NCBI GenBank assembly: GCA_965279375.1
Contig: OZ257156.1
Span: forward strand, 2,656,001 to 2,720,000
Reading direction: 5' to 3'
DNA from: Gemmatimonas sp.
Lineage (GTDB): Bacteria; Gemmatimonadota; Gemmatimonadetes; Gemmatimonadales; Gemmatimonadaceae
Length of the DNA: 64,000 bases
Shown: positions 31,504-40,382 of the stretch, piece by piece
Position numbering within the stretch: position 1 is the stretch's first letter
How the letters are laid out: each line of letters starts with the position of its first letter
Notes under the pieces: model-generated
Seen by the model: the letters and a program-made list of their open reading frames with translations, nothing else
What the model was told of the DNA's origin: nothing
Databases searched by the model: none
Program-made: the position numbers and the translations under genes

Positions 31504-32255
31504 CGCGACCTCTTGGTGCGAGCAGTGACGATCGCCGTGTCGATGGCCCGACGGAAGTCGGAGTACGGTGAGGCGCCTTCGACGATGAATTGGCCGACGA
31601 GGAACGATGGCGTCGAGCGAATGCCGGCGCGGTTGGCCTGTTGGATATCGGACTCGATGAGCGAGCCGATCGCCTTGGACTTTCGGCAGCGCGCGAACTC
31701 GGTCATGTCGAGAGAGTTCGCGCGCCCCAAGCTGTCGAGATAGGGAAGCACGTCGGGGCGCCGGCTGAGGGCGTTCTGATCACGGAAGAGCGCTTCGGAG
31801 TATTCCCAAAACTTTTGCTGCGCGCCGGCACAGAGCGAGGCTTCCGCTTCGGCGCGCGCGTGCGGGTGTTGCGGCAGCGGCAGGTTGAGGTAGGCGAAGC
31901 GTACCTTGCCCGTCTGGACGTAGTCACGCTTGACGCCGGCCATCGATGAGTCGTGCCATTGCTTGCAGTACGGGCACTGGAAATCGGAGATCATGACCAC
32001 CCACACCGTCCCCGAATCGCGACCCATGAGGCGCCCGCGGTCTGCGCGATCGATCAACGCGGAGTCACTGAGCGTGTCGCCGGACGAGGAGCTGCTTGGC
32101 GCGGCGCCATTGGCGACCGGCGCTGCCGTAGTGGTGCTGCTCGAACCCGACCGACCGGCCGCGTTGGCGCGATCGCATGCGGTGGCGGCACCGACGGCGA
32201 GGGCGAGGAGCGACAGACGCAGAAGCGTCTTGAGCGACTGTAATGAACCGCGCAT
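31500..32255 (-). CDS. DsbA/thioredoxin-fold lipoprotein
   Basis: SDFQCPYC active site; GIRSTPSF cis-Pro loop; ATAC lipobox. Confidence 0.9.
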   Translation of the reverse strand: MRGSLQSLKTLLRLSLLALAVGAATACDRANAAGRSGSSSTTTAAPVANGAAPSSSSSGDTLSDSALIDRADRGRLMGRDSGTVWVVMISDFQCPYCKQWHDSSMAGVKRDYVQTGKVRFAYLNLPLPQHPHARAEAEASLCAGAQQKFWEYSEALFRDQNALSRRPDVLPYLDSLGRANSLDMTEFARCRKSKAIGSLIESDIQQANRAGIRSTPSFLVGQFIVEGASPYSDFRRAIDTAIVTARTKRSR

Positions 32256-32379
32256 AGGAACGGAGACGGGAGAGTTCGGAGCGCCGCAGGCGCCAGCGTG
32301 TAGTAAAGCTAGCGCCGTGCCGGCGTGTGCTGACACCGGGAGTTGGACCGCTGCGTATACTCCTAGGCGTACGGGCACT

Positions 32380-33258
32380 GTGCGTGTCTCTCATCGTTCA
32401 CTCGTGTACTCTCGACTGTTTCGTCGCTGTCGGCCAGTGGGCCTGTTGTTGGCTGGCGTCGTGTCGTTCATGCTCAGCCCTGTGCTGCTCAGGGCGCAGC
32501 CTCCGGCGCTGCCGGCCCCGACTGGGTACGTCAACGACTTTGCCGGGGTCATCCCGGAGGATGCCAAACTCCGTCTCGAAGAGCTCGCTCGTCGCGTGAA
32601 CGCCGCGACGCGCGGCGACATGGTGGTCGTGACTCTCCCTGATTTGGGCGGCCGCCCGGTCGAGGAGGTGTCACTGCGTTTGGGGCGGGAGTGGAAGGTT
32701 GGCGCGGACGCCGGGATCGGCGACAAGGCGCGAAACGCCGGCGTGATTCTGCTGATCGTACCCAAGGAGAGCTCGTCGACGGGGCGTGGGTCGTGCCGGA
32801 TCGAGACGGGGCAGGGGACCGAAGGGTTCCTGACGGATGCCACGGCGGGCGAGCTGTGTCGTGCGGCGCGGGATCAGTTCGTGGCCAAGGACTATGGCGG
32901 AGCGATCGAGTACATCGCTGGCCAGATCGCCGCTCGCTACGCTGCCGAGTACGGCGTGACGTTGGATGGCGCGCCCGCGCCGCGTCGCTCCACGAGAAGT
33001 CAGGGACAGCGGCAGATCTCGCCGATCGCGATCCTGATTCTGATCTTCATCGTGTTCTCGGTGCTCAACTCACTCGGCCGGCGTCGTCGTGGCTGCGCGG
33101 GATGCATTCCGATCCCGATCCCTGGTCCGTCGATCGGGGGATTTGACCGCGGCGGCTGGGGCGGAGGAGGCTTCGGTGGTGGCGGCGGAGGCGGTGGATT
33201 TGGAGGGTTTGGAGGTGGCGGTGGGTTCAGTGGTGGTGGCGGCGGTTCTGACTGGTAG
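32380..33258 (+). CDS. TPM-domain (YgcG-like) membrane protein with Gly-rich tail
   Basis: GYVNDFAGVI, RIETGQGTEGFLTDA, one TM segment, GGFGGGGGFSGGGGGSDW. Start uncertain. Confidence 0.88.
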   Translation: MRVSHRSLVYSRLFRRCRPVGLLLAGVVSFMLSPVLLRAQPPALPAPTGYVNDFAGVIPEDAKLRLEELARRVNAATRGDMVVVTLPDLGGRPVEEVSLRLGREWKVGADAGIGDKARNAGVILLIVPKESSSTGRGSCRIETGQGTEGFLTDATAGELCRAARDQFVAKDYGGAIEYIAGQIAARYAAEYGVTLDGAPAPRRSTRSQGQRQISPIAILILIFIVFSVLNSLGRRRRGCAGCIPIPIPGPSIGGFDRGGWGGGGFGGGGGGGGFGGFGGGGGFSGGGGGSDW

Positions 33259-33297
33259 GCGTACCTTTCCTCACACTGCGACCGACTCCAACGATCG

Positions 33298-34044
33298 ATG
33301 GCGAATTCCACGATGAGCGTGACTGAGCTGGTCACGCAGCTGACGCAAGTTCATGGCGGCGCGCTGCGCGCCGTGGTGCTGTACGGCTCTGCCGCGACCG
33401 ACGAGCAGATCGCCGGGCAGTCCGACATCAACGTGCTGGTGATTGTCGAGACGCTCTCGATCGCGACACTGCGCGCACTGGGGCAGACAACGCGCGCGTG
33501 GCTGGAGGCGGGCAATCCGCCGCCGCTGACATTCACGGTGGAGGAGTGGCGTCGCTCGGCAGACATTTTCCCGATGGAGTACGCCGACGTACTGGAAAGA
33601 CATCGCGTACTGCACGGAACGTTGCCGCTGGATGGCGTGCATGTGGCGCTGGCGGACTTGCGCCTGCAGACGGAGCACGAAGCGATGGGCAAGCTGCTTC
33701 GCCTGCGTCGCGGTGTGATGAGCGCCGGCACCGATGCGAAGCGTCAGGCGGAGTTGATGCGGGACAGTCTCAGCAGCCTGCTGGTGCTCTTTCGTGCGGT
33801 GCTGCGCCTGCACGGCACGGTTCCATCGCGCGATGCGGTTCCGGTGGTGCAAGCGGTGGCAGGCCATTGTGGATTTGACGTGGCGCCGTTCGAGCGCGTG
33901 ATCGCGCACAAGCGCGGAACCACGCTGGCCGAGCGAGAGACCGAGACGGTGTTGGCGGGGTACGTAGCGGGGATGGAATCGCTCGTTGCGTATCTCGATC
34001 GCTTTACTCCGCCGGCAACGGCAACCGATTCCCTTTCTTCCTGA
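33298..34044 (+). CDS. Nucleotidyltransferase-domain protein
   Basis: AVVLYGSAA...SDINVLVIV Pol-beta-type motif; SADIFPMEY. Confidence 0.8.
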   Translation: MANSTMSVTELVTQLTQVHGGALRAVVLYGSAATDEQIAGQSDINVLVIVETLSIATLRALGQTTRAWLEAGNPPPLTFTVEEWRRSADIFPMEYADVLERHRVLHGTLPLDGVHVALADLRLQTEHEAMGKLLRLRRGVMSAGTDAKRQAELMRDSLSSLLVLFRAVLRLHGTVPSRDAVPVVQAVAGHCGFDVAPFERVIAHKRGTTLAERETETVLAGYVAGMESLVAYLDRFTPPATATDSLSS

Positions 34045-34054
34045 GGACCTTTAG

Positions 34055-34702
34055 ATGAACTCCATGCAGTCTTCGCCCACCACGGGCCGCCCGCGATCCC
34101 GCCGTCGCCTGCTCGCGATGGCGCTCCCGATGCTCTTTGCGGTGAGCGCGCCGCTGACGCTGTCGTCATGCGGTTACAACAGCATTCAGAGCTACGATGA
34201 ACAGGCCGAGCAGGCGAAGAAGAACATCGATGCGCAGCTGCAGCGTCGTGCAGATCTGATCGGCAATCTCGTCAACACGGTGAAGGGGCTCGCGCAGCAG
34301 GAGAGCGACGTGTTCGTGGGGATCGCGAAGGCGCGCGCGGGTCTGACGGGCGCGTTGCAGAAGCCGGGCGGATCGGATCCCTCCGAGACGGCCAACGCCA
34401 ACGAGCAGCTGACAACCTCGTTGCGCGGTCTGAGCGTCTTCATCGAGCAGTATCCGCAGCTCAAGTCCGATCAGGCGTTCCTCAAGCTGCAGGACGAGCT
34501 GACGGGCACGGAGAACCGGATTGCGGTGTCGCGTACGGATTACAACGCCGCGGTGCGCACCTACAACGAGTACATCCGCAAGTTTCCAGCGGTCATGACG
34601 GCAAAGGCGACGGGCGCGAAGCCGCGAACGTATTTCGAGGTGACCGATGCGGCCTCGCGCGCAGCCCCCACGGTGGACTTCAGCAAGCCCAAGGCGAACT
34701 AG
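34055..34702 (+). CDS. lemA: LemA family protein
   Basis: QLQRRADLIGNLVNTVKG, EQYPQLKS, LQDELTGTENRIAVSR. Confidence 0.93.
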   Translation: MNSMQSSPTTGRPRSRRRLLAMALPMLFAVSAPLTLSSCGYNSIQSYDEQAEQAKKNIDAQLQRRADLIGNLVNTVKGLAQQESDVFVGIAKARAGLTGALQKPGGSDPSETANANEQLTTSLRGLSVFIEQYPQLKSDQAFLKLQDELTGTENRIAVSRTDYNAAVRTYNEYIRKFPAVMTAKATGAKPRTYFEVTDAASRAAPTVDFSKPKAN

Positions 34703-34719
34703 TCGACAAGTGAAAGTGA

Positions 34720-34761
34720 GAACGGCGCTGAGCAGAATACGCTCGGCGCCGTTTTCGTTTT
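34720..34761 (+). terminator. Intrinsic terminator (possibly bidirectional)
   Basis: GAACGGCGCTGAGC...GCTCGGCGCCGTTT followed by TCGTTTT. Confidence 0.7.
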
Positions 34762-34784
34762 GTGTCACGTGCTGTTGCTGATGG

Positions 34785-35744
34785 CTAGCGGTTCTTCTCG
34801 TACATCAAATTGCGCGGCGCAACCTTCCAGTCGTACCACTTGTAGACGGGATAGCCGTTGTTGACTGTCGGATCGCTCCTGTCCGATTGGATTTTCGAAC
34901 GGATGCGTACGCCGATGATGTCGTTGCCGTCGTTGAGCGTATCGGTGTCGAGTCCGCTGTAGCCGGGCGATTCTCTATTCCCCTTGAACAGCAGTGATGT
35001 TCGGAAGTCCATGGCTCCGGATGCCAACGGCTTGCCGATGGGCGCTGCCGACGAATTGAGCTGCTCGGCCCGCATGAGCGTGTTGGTACTGACGTCGCGC
35101 CAGTAGACGACGGCCTTGAGCTTCTGAATGGTCGTGCCCGATCGGGTCAGCAGCACGCTGTCGATGCCCGCAGCACGGCCGAGCAAGCGCTGCATCGGCA
35201 GGAATTGCACCTGGAAACGCCCACCCGCACTTCCGGCCACGCTTGTGAGGTAGAGCAGGCGTCGCGTGGTGCCGATCTGCAGGCGTGCGAGATCACCCGG
35301 CTGCAACGTATACGCGCCGTTGATGCGATTGAACTCGATGCAGTTCGTGCCGCAGTTGCCGCCCGGCGGATAGTTGGGGAGCGTGTCTCCATCGTCGAAG
35401 ATGGGGTACACGGGCGCCTCGACGGTGGTGAAGGGCACCGACAGAATCGAGAGCGTGTCGCCGAACGAACCAAGCGTGCCGAACGTCGGCGTGCTCTCGA
35501 TCGCGACGCCCGCTTCCTGCGCGTCACGAGCCAGCGACATGCCGACGAAGCGTGCGTTGCGGTCGACTGTCTCGCGCACTGTCCAACCGCGACGCGTTTG
35601 CCAGCTGCGCATGGAGAAGCTGGCCGCTGCCGTGATGACGACGATACCGATCGTCATCGACATGAGCATTTCAACGAGCGTGAATCCGGCACGATTGCGA
35701 CGCGAACGTGGGACCGCTCGGCGGGTTGATTGGTGCGTGATCAT
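34785..35744 (-). CDS. Type IV minor pilin, PilW-like
   Basis: Prepilin motif RAG|FTLVEML. Confidence 0.8.
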   Translation of the reverse strand: MITHQSTRRAVPRSRRNRAGFTLVEMLMSMTIGIVVITAAASFSMRSWQTRRGWTVRETVDRNARFVGMSLARDAQEAGVAIESTPTFGTLGSFGDTLSILSVPFTTVEAPVYPIFDDGDTLPNYPPGGNCGTNCIEFNRINGAYTLQPGDLARLQIGTTRRLLYLTSVAGSAGGRFQVQFLPMQRLLGRAAGIDSVLLTRSGTTIQKLKAVVYWRDVSTNTLMRAEQLNSSAAPIGKPLASGAMDFRTSLLFKGNRESPGYSGLDTDTLNDGNDIIGVRIRSKIQSDRSDPTVNNGYPVYKWYDWKVAPRNLMYEKNR

Positions 35745-36145
35745 GGGGCCACCACCAGTCCGTTTCCACGGAAGTAGGAGGTCGTGAGCGTCACCGGCTG
35801 TGTGCTGCGCGGATAGTCCACGGCGACGTCGATGCGGATCAGGTTCTGGCGTGACACGGCGACCGTCATGGTGCGTGTGAAGGCACCGGTCGTGGCAGAC
35901 TGACCGTCCGAGTTGAGCTTGACGGGCGATTCGGTCTGCAGCGTCCACGGATCACGCGTTCGTACTTCTTCCATGTAGCTGCGTGCGATGGCGATGGCGC
36001 TCGTGCGATTCTGCGCGAGCGTTTGCATCTTGATCGTGTTGCCGCTGGCCGTTGCAAGAGAGGTCAGCCCCACGGCGAGCAGGATGATCGCGACGAGCAT
36101 CGACACGATCGTGAAGCCGCGGCGGGTGCGTCGTGCGAGTGTCAT
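35741..36145 (-). CDS. Type IV minor pilin, PilV-like
   Basis: RRG|FTIVSMLVAIILLAVGL; IARSYMEEVR. Confidence 0.75.
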   Translation of the reverse strand: MTLARRTRRGFTIVSMLVAIILLAVGLTSLATASGNTIKMQTLAQNRTSAIAIARSYMEEVRTRDPWTLQTESPVKLNSDGQSATTGAFTRTMTVAVSRQNLIRIDVAVDYPRSTQPVTLTTSYFRGNGLVVAP

Positions 36146-36738
36146 TGCCAGCCTCCATTCTTCCACGTCCACAGCCGAACGCTCCCCGAGGGGGAGACTT
36201 CCACGGCGACGACGGCGTTGTCGTCTCTCGCGTTGGTGAGATACACGACACCGGAGGTTCCCATGGGCGAGGGAAGTCCGCGCGTATCGAAGTTGATGTG
36301 GTAGCCAGGAAAGGTGACCGCACTGCCGCCGACATCACCGGGAATCGGCGAGGAAGCTCCACGCGCCATCACGATGTGGTCCGGGAGCGGACGCGTACCG
36401 AACGCCTGTAGCCCGAGCTTCTCTGCCGCCGTGTAGCTGATGACGCTGTCCGCGTCGACATCGAGGTAGCCGGAATACGACGGCGAGCTGGACGAAAGGG
36501 AGAACGACACCTGGGCGATGCTGCGCGTGGAGAGCGCGCGCGTACGTGCGAGGTCCATGTCCTGCGCGAGCTGCATGCCGGCGAGCTGCACTTCGGTCGC
36601 CTCGGAGATGCGCATGCGCGGCACGACGATGGACATCATGATGCCAACAACGGCCACCATGGTGAGCAGTTCGATCAGAGAGAAGCCGCGACGAGCCGGC
36701 GAGCGCGATGGTGCGGAGTAGATCGAGCGCATGGCCAT
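36142..36738 (-). CDS. Type IV minor pilin, FimT/FimU/GspH-like
   Basis: RRG|FSLIELL; LARTRAL; INFDTRG; VSPSGSVR. Confidence 0.82.
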   Translation of the reverse strand: MAMRSIYSAPSRSPARRGFSLIELLTMVAVVGIMMSIVVPRMRISEATEVQLAGMQLAQDMDLARTRALSTRSIAQVSFSLSSSSPSYSGYLDVDADSVISYTAAEKLGLQAFGTRPLPDHIVMARGASSPIPGDVGGSAVTFPGYHINFDTRGLPSPMGTSGVVYLTNARDDNAVVAVEVSPSGSVRLWTWKNGGWQ

Positions 36739-36739
36739 C

Positions 36740-38659
36740 TCAGTAGAGCGGACGGAACGCGGTCTGCAACACGGTGCCGACGGATGGCGTGCCGGGAGGC
36801 AGTCGCTGCGGGAAGCGGAAGTTCACGTCGAAGGACCAGGCACGCGTTGGCGCCGAGTAGTACGCCTGGTTACCGAAGCCGACATTGGTGCTGTTGCCCC
36901 ACAGGCCGGTGGAGTAGACGTTGGCGAACAGCGAGACGAGCGACCCAGTGTAGCGGAACGTGATGCCGCCCCAGTTTTCGAGGAATCGCGGGAAGTTCTC
37001 GAGTCCGCCGCCGTACACGCCGCCGCCGCAACCAGCGCGAGCGTAGTCGCAGGGCGTCGGCGAGTGGCCCGCGAGAATCGCCGCATTCACCGTCGTGTTC
37101 ACTGCAGTGCGCTGCGCCATGTTCTGCTGCATCACATCGCACCATCCGTTCGTGGAGCTGCAGCGGCCAGCAAGACCACTGGAATCACGCATGCGTGCGT
37201 TGGGCGGATTGCTGAGGAACGTGACCGCATCGGCCATCAGCGCAGCCGGGCGCCAGACATTCGTGTTGTAGTCGCCGAGGATGTACATCGGACGATCGGT
37301 CACCATCGAGACGCCGCCTGTATCGGCCGGCAACTGCGCCAGCGGCAGACGCCCGCCGTTGCGCAGGCGCACCGCTACGTAGTCGTTGGTGGCCGCCGTG
37401 TTCGTGTTGATGAAGTTGAAGTACATGATGCGCGGCGCGCGCTGCGTCGGATTGCTGTCGGCCCAGATGCGCAGGGAATCCATGTACACGTCGATCAGGT
37501 CGGGACGCAGGTCTTCGCGGCCCTCGTAGAAGGCGTTTGCACGCGGCTTGAAGATGCGGCGGCACGCGGCACCGGTCGGCACCTGCAACGCGCCTGTACG
37601 CAGCTGCGTCAGGCTCGCGCAGAAGTTGGTCTTCATCATACCCGTGTCGGGATTCGTGAAGGCCGCCGCGTCAACCGTGATGTACCAATCCGACTTCCAC
37701 GCCATCTTCACATCCTGCACCATCTGGTTGTCGCCAGCGGAGCGCGGTTGCACCAACGTGATCGGAGGCGTGTTGGCGGGCAGGGGCAGCTTCAGGGCGC
37801 GGACACCGTGCGCCTTGGTCATCAGTCGGCCGCTGAAACGCTGCTGGCTTCGCGTGACGAACGCAGGACCGGAGAGGCTTCGGGAATCGAAATCGAGCAA
37901 CACGGACGTGCCGGCGGCGTTGTTGATACTCACGCCGTTCAGGCGCTGGTTGGCATCCTTTCGATTCCAGAAGACGCTGTCCGGTGTGGTCAGCTGGCTC
38001 TGAAAGTTGGCGCTCGCAGACGACGTGTAGAGATTGCCGTTCGTGTGCACCCATCCGGCGAAGACCATTGGGGCGCCGGGCAGAATCTCGAGATCGTTCT
38101 CGTAGAAGACACCGAACTGGAAGAGCGGAATCGTCTGCGCATTCACCGACAGGATCGCCGTGGCCTTGTTGCCCGACGAGTCGCGAGCGGTCACCGAGAT
38201 GTCGATCGGCTGATTGAGTGAATACAGCCCGGAGAACGGGCCGGACGCGATCGTGCGCGAGACGGGCGCACCGGTCGTGTTCGTGACATGGTTGATGTTG
38301 AAGCCGCTCAGCTGCGGCGTCGAGAGCTGCGAGATATCCGACGCACTGATGATGCCGTCCTGCATGGCAGCATCGAGCTGCGACATGATATCATCTGCGC
38401 CACCCTCGGCCGCATACGACGCACGCGAGGCGCGGTAGTCTGCACTCGACGTCTTGGCCATCGTCGACACGGCGGAGAGTCCGGCGAGGATGATGATCGA
38501 GAACATGATGAGCAGGAGCAACGACGCCTCCAGCGCGAAGCCGCGTCGGTCCCGCACGCGCGCCTCGGTCACATGAGTGCGCGCGCGCAGTCCGCGCAAT
38601 TCCTGGGCATCGTGGTGTTCGCGCCGCGTGGCGCCACGTTCTGTTCGACTCGATCGCAT
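36740..38659 (-). CDS. Large PilX-like pilus protein (639 aa)
   Basis: GGAGG RBS; RRG|FALEASLLLL; ASYAAEGG; GWVHTNGNL; C-terminal LPPGTP. Confidence 0.72.
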   Translation of the reverse strand: MRSSRTERGATRREHHDAQELRGLRARTHVTEARVRDRRGFALEASLLLLIMFSIIILAGLSAVSTMAKTSSADYRASRASYAAEGGADDIMSQLDAAMQDGIISASDISQLSTPQLSGFNINHVTNTTGAPVSRTIASGPFSGLYSLNQPIDISVTARDSSGNKATAILSVNAQTIPLFQFGVFYENDLEILPGAPMVFAGWVHTNGNLYTSSASANFQSQLTTPDSVFWNRKDANQRLNGVSINNAAGTSVLLDFDSRSLSGPAFVTRSQQRFSGRLMTKAHGVRALKLPLPANTPPITLVQPRSAGDNQMVQDVKMAWKSDWYITVDAAAFTNPDTGMMKTNFCASLTQLRTGALQVPTGAACRRIFKPRANAFYEGREDLRPDLIDVYMDSLRIWADSNPTQRAPRIMYFNFINTNTAATNDYVAVRLRNGGRLPLAQLPADTGGVSMVTDRPMYILGDYNTNVWRPAALMADAVTFLSNPPNARMRDSSGLAGRCSSTNGWCDVMQQNMAQRTAVNTTVNAAILAGHSPTPCDYARAGCGGGVYGGGLENFPRFLENWGGITFRYTGSLVSLFANVYSTGLWGNSTNVGFGNQAYYSAPTRAWSFDVNFRFPQRLPPGTPSVGTVLQTAFRPLY

Positions 38660-38779
38660 CTGACGTCCTCCGTGCGAGAATGATCCTGCTGCACGAGAGA
38701 AGTACGGTCGAGGGCTTCGCTACGTCACTTCGTCAGCGGTACAGGCACGCACGACGAAACGGGAGTGGAGTGCGATGTG

Positions 38780-38817
38780 ACACGCGCCGATGTTCGTGTG
38801 ATGAAATCGGCGCGTGT
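38780..38817. terminator. Stem-loop immediately downstream of metG
   Basis: ACACGCGCCGAT/ATCGGCGCGTGT 12-bp stem. Confidence 0.4.
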
Positions 38818-38828
38818 GTGACAGCGAA

Positions 38829-40382
38829 CTAGGCGGGTGCGCTCGCAGCCGGCGGCTGCGGACGGGGAAACAGTCCCTCGCCTTTTGCGACCGTCCAGCC
38901 AGTCGCGTCGAGCGTGGCGACATCTGCGAAGCGTTGCGAATGCACGGAACCGGTGCCGCCGAGCGTCACCCACAGTGCCTGCGCCTTTTCGGGCATGAAC
39001 GGAGCGAGCAGCACCGCCTGTCGTGCCAGCCGGCGTACGAGCGACGACATGCAGGTCTCCAACTCGCCGCGTCGTGCTGGATCCTTGGCGAGTTGCCACG
39101 GCGCCGTCGCCTGCGTGTACTCGTTCGCTCGCGCGGTCATGCGCGAAACAGCCGCCAGTCCTTCGTGCAAGAGCCACCCACGCGAACCGTCCATCGCCGC
39201 GTGGTACGATGCGATATCGGTGCCATCGTCGCGTTCGGCGTCCGGACGCGCCGCCGCAGGTACGACTGCGCCACAGTACTTCTCCACCATCGCCGTCGCA
39301 CGGCTGGCGAGATTGCCGAGGGCGTTGGCGAGGTCGCTGGTATATCGCTCTTCGAAACGCTCCCAGCTGAAGTTGCCGTCGCCATCGTACGGGACTTCGC
39401 GCAGCAGCACGTAGCGGAACGCGTCGGCGCCGTAGCGATCGATGGCCTCGTCGAGATCGAGCTTGACGCCGGCGCTCTTGGAGAAGCGCTCGCCGCCCAA
39501 CTGCACGAAGCCATGCGCCCACACCTGCCTGGGAAGCGGCAGCCCGGCCGACTCGAGCATCGCGGGCCAGATCACTGCGTGGAAGCGCGTGATATCCTTG
39601 CCGACGATGTGCAGGTCAGCGGGCCAACGCGACTCGTAGCCCGCGTCAGGAAAGCCGGTGGCGGTGAGATAGTTGGGGAGCGCATCGAACCACACATACG
39701 TGCCCTGCGTTTCGCCGTTAGACAGCGGCAGCGGAAACGGCACGGCCCAGTCGAGGCGCGCACGCGACGCGGAAATGTCTTCGAGTCCTTGGGCAAGGAG
39801 CCCGAGGATTTCGTTGCGGCGGCTCTCGGGTTCGATGTACGACGGATTCTCGGCGATCATCTCCTGGAGGAACGTCTGGTACTTGGAGAGACGGAAGAAC
39901 CAGTTGCGCTCTTCAACTTCCTCGAGCACACGCGTGGGGTGCAGCACACACTTCCCGTCCACGATGTCCGCGTCCTGCTTGAACGCCTCGCAGCCCACGC
40001 AGTACATGCCGCGATATGAGCGTTCGAAGAAATCGTCCGGGTTGTGTTGAGCGATGCGCTTGATCAGAGCCTGCACACCAGCCTTGTGGTGCGCATCGGT
40101 CGTGCGAATGAACTGATCGTGCTGAATGCCAAGCTTGGCCCACGTGGCCAGAAAGCGTGCCGCGATCTCGTCGGTGAATTCCTGCGGGGGCACGCCACGC
40201 GCCGCGGCAGTCTGCTGCACCTTCTGCCCGTGTTCGTCCATGCCCATCAGCAGATGCACGTCGTCACCGCGCAGGCGGTGATAGCGGGCAATGACGTCGG
40301 CGCCGATCTTCTCGAGCGCGTGGCCGAGGTGTGGATCGCCGTTGGCGTAGTCGATCGCGGTCGTCAGGAAGAAGCGAGCCAT
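38829..40382 (-). CDS. metG: Methionine--tRNA ligase
   Basis: TTAIDYANGDPHLGH (HIGH), YVWFDAL, GKDITRFH, RFSKS (KMSKS). Confidence 0.96.
   Translation of the reverse strand: MARFFLTTAIDYANGDPHLGHALEKIGADVIARYHRLRGDDVHLLMGMDEHGQKVQQTAAARGVPPQEFTDEIAARFLATWAKLGIQHDQFIRTTDAHHKAGVQALIKRIAQHNPDDFFERSYRGMYCVGCEAFKQDADIVDGKCVLHPTRVLEEVEERNWFFRLSKYQTFLQEMIAENPSYIEPESRRNEILGLLAQGLEDISASRARLDWAVPFPLPLSNGETQGTYVWFDALPNYLTATGFPDAGYESRWPADLHIVGKDITRFHAVIWPAMLESAGLPLPRQVWAHGFVQLGGERFSKSAGVKLDLDEAIDRYGADAFRYVLLREVPYDGDGNFSWERFEERYTSDLANALGNLASRATAMVEKYCGAVVPAAARPDAERDDGTDIASYHAAMDGSRGWLLHEGLAAVSRMTARANEYTQATAPWQLAKDPARRGELETCMSSLVRRLARQAVLLAPFMPEKAQALWVTLGGTGSVHSQRFADVATLDATGWTVAKGEGLFPRPQPPAASAPA

Noticed and set aside
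33148..33250. GGC/GGT/GGA low-complexity repeat
   Set aside because: Encodes the usual Gly-rich tail of TPM-domain proteins.
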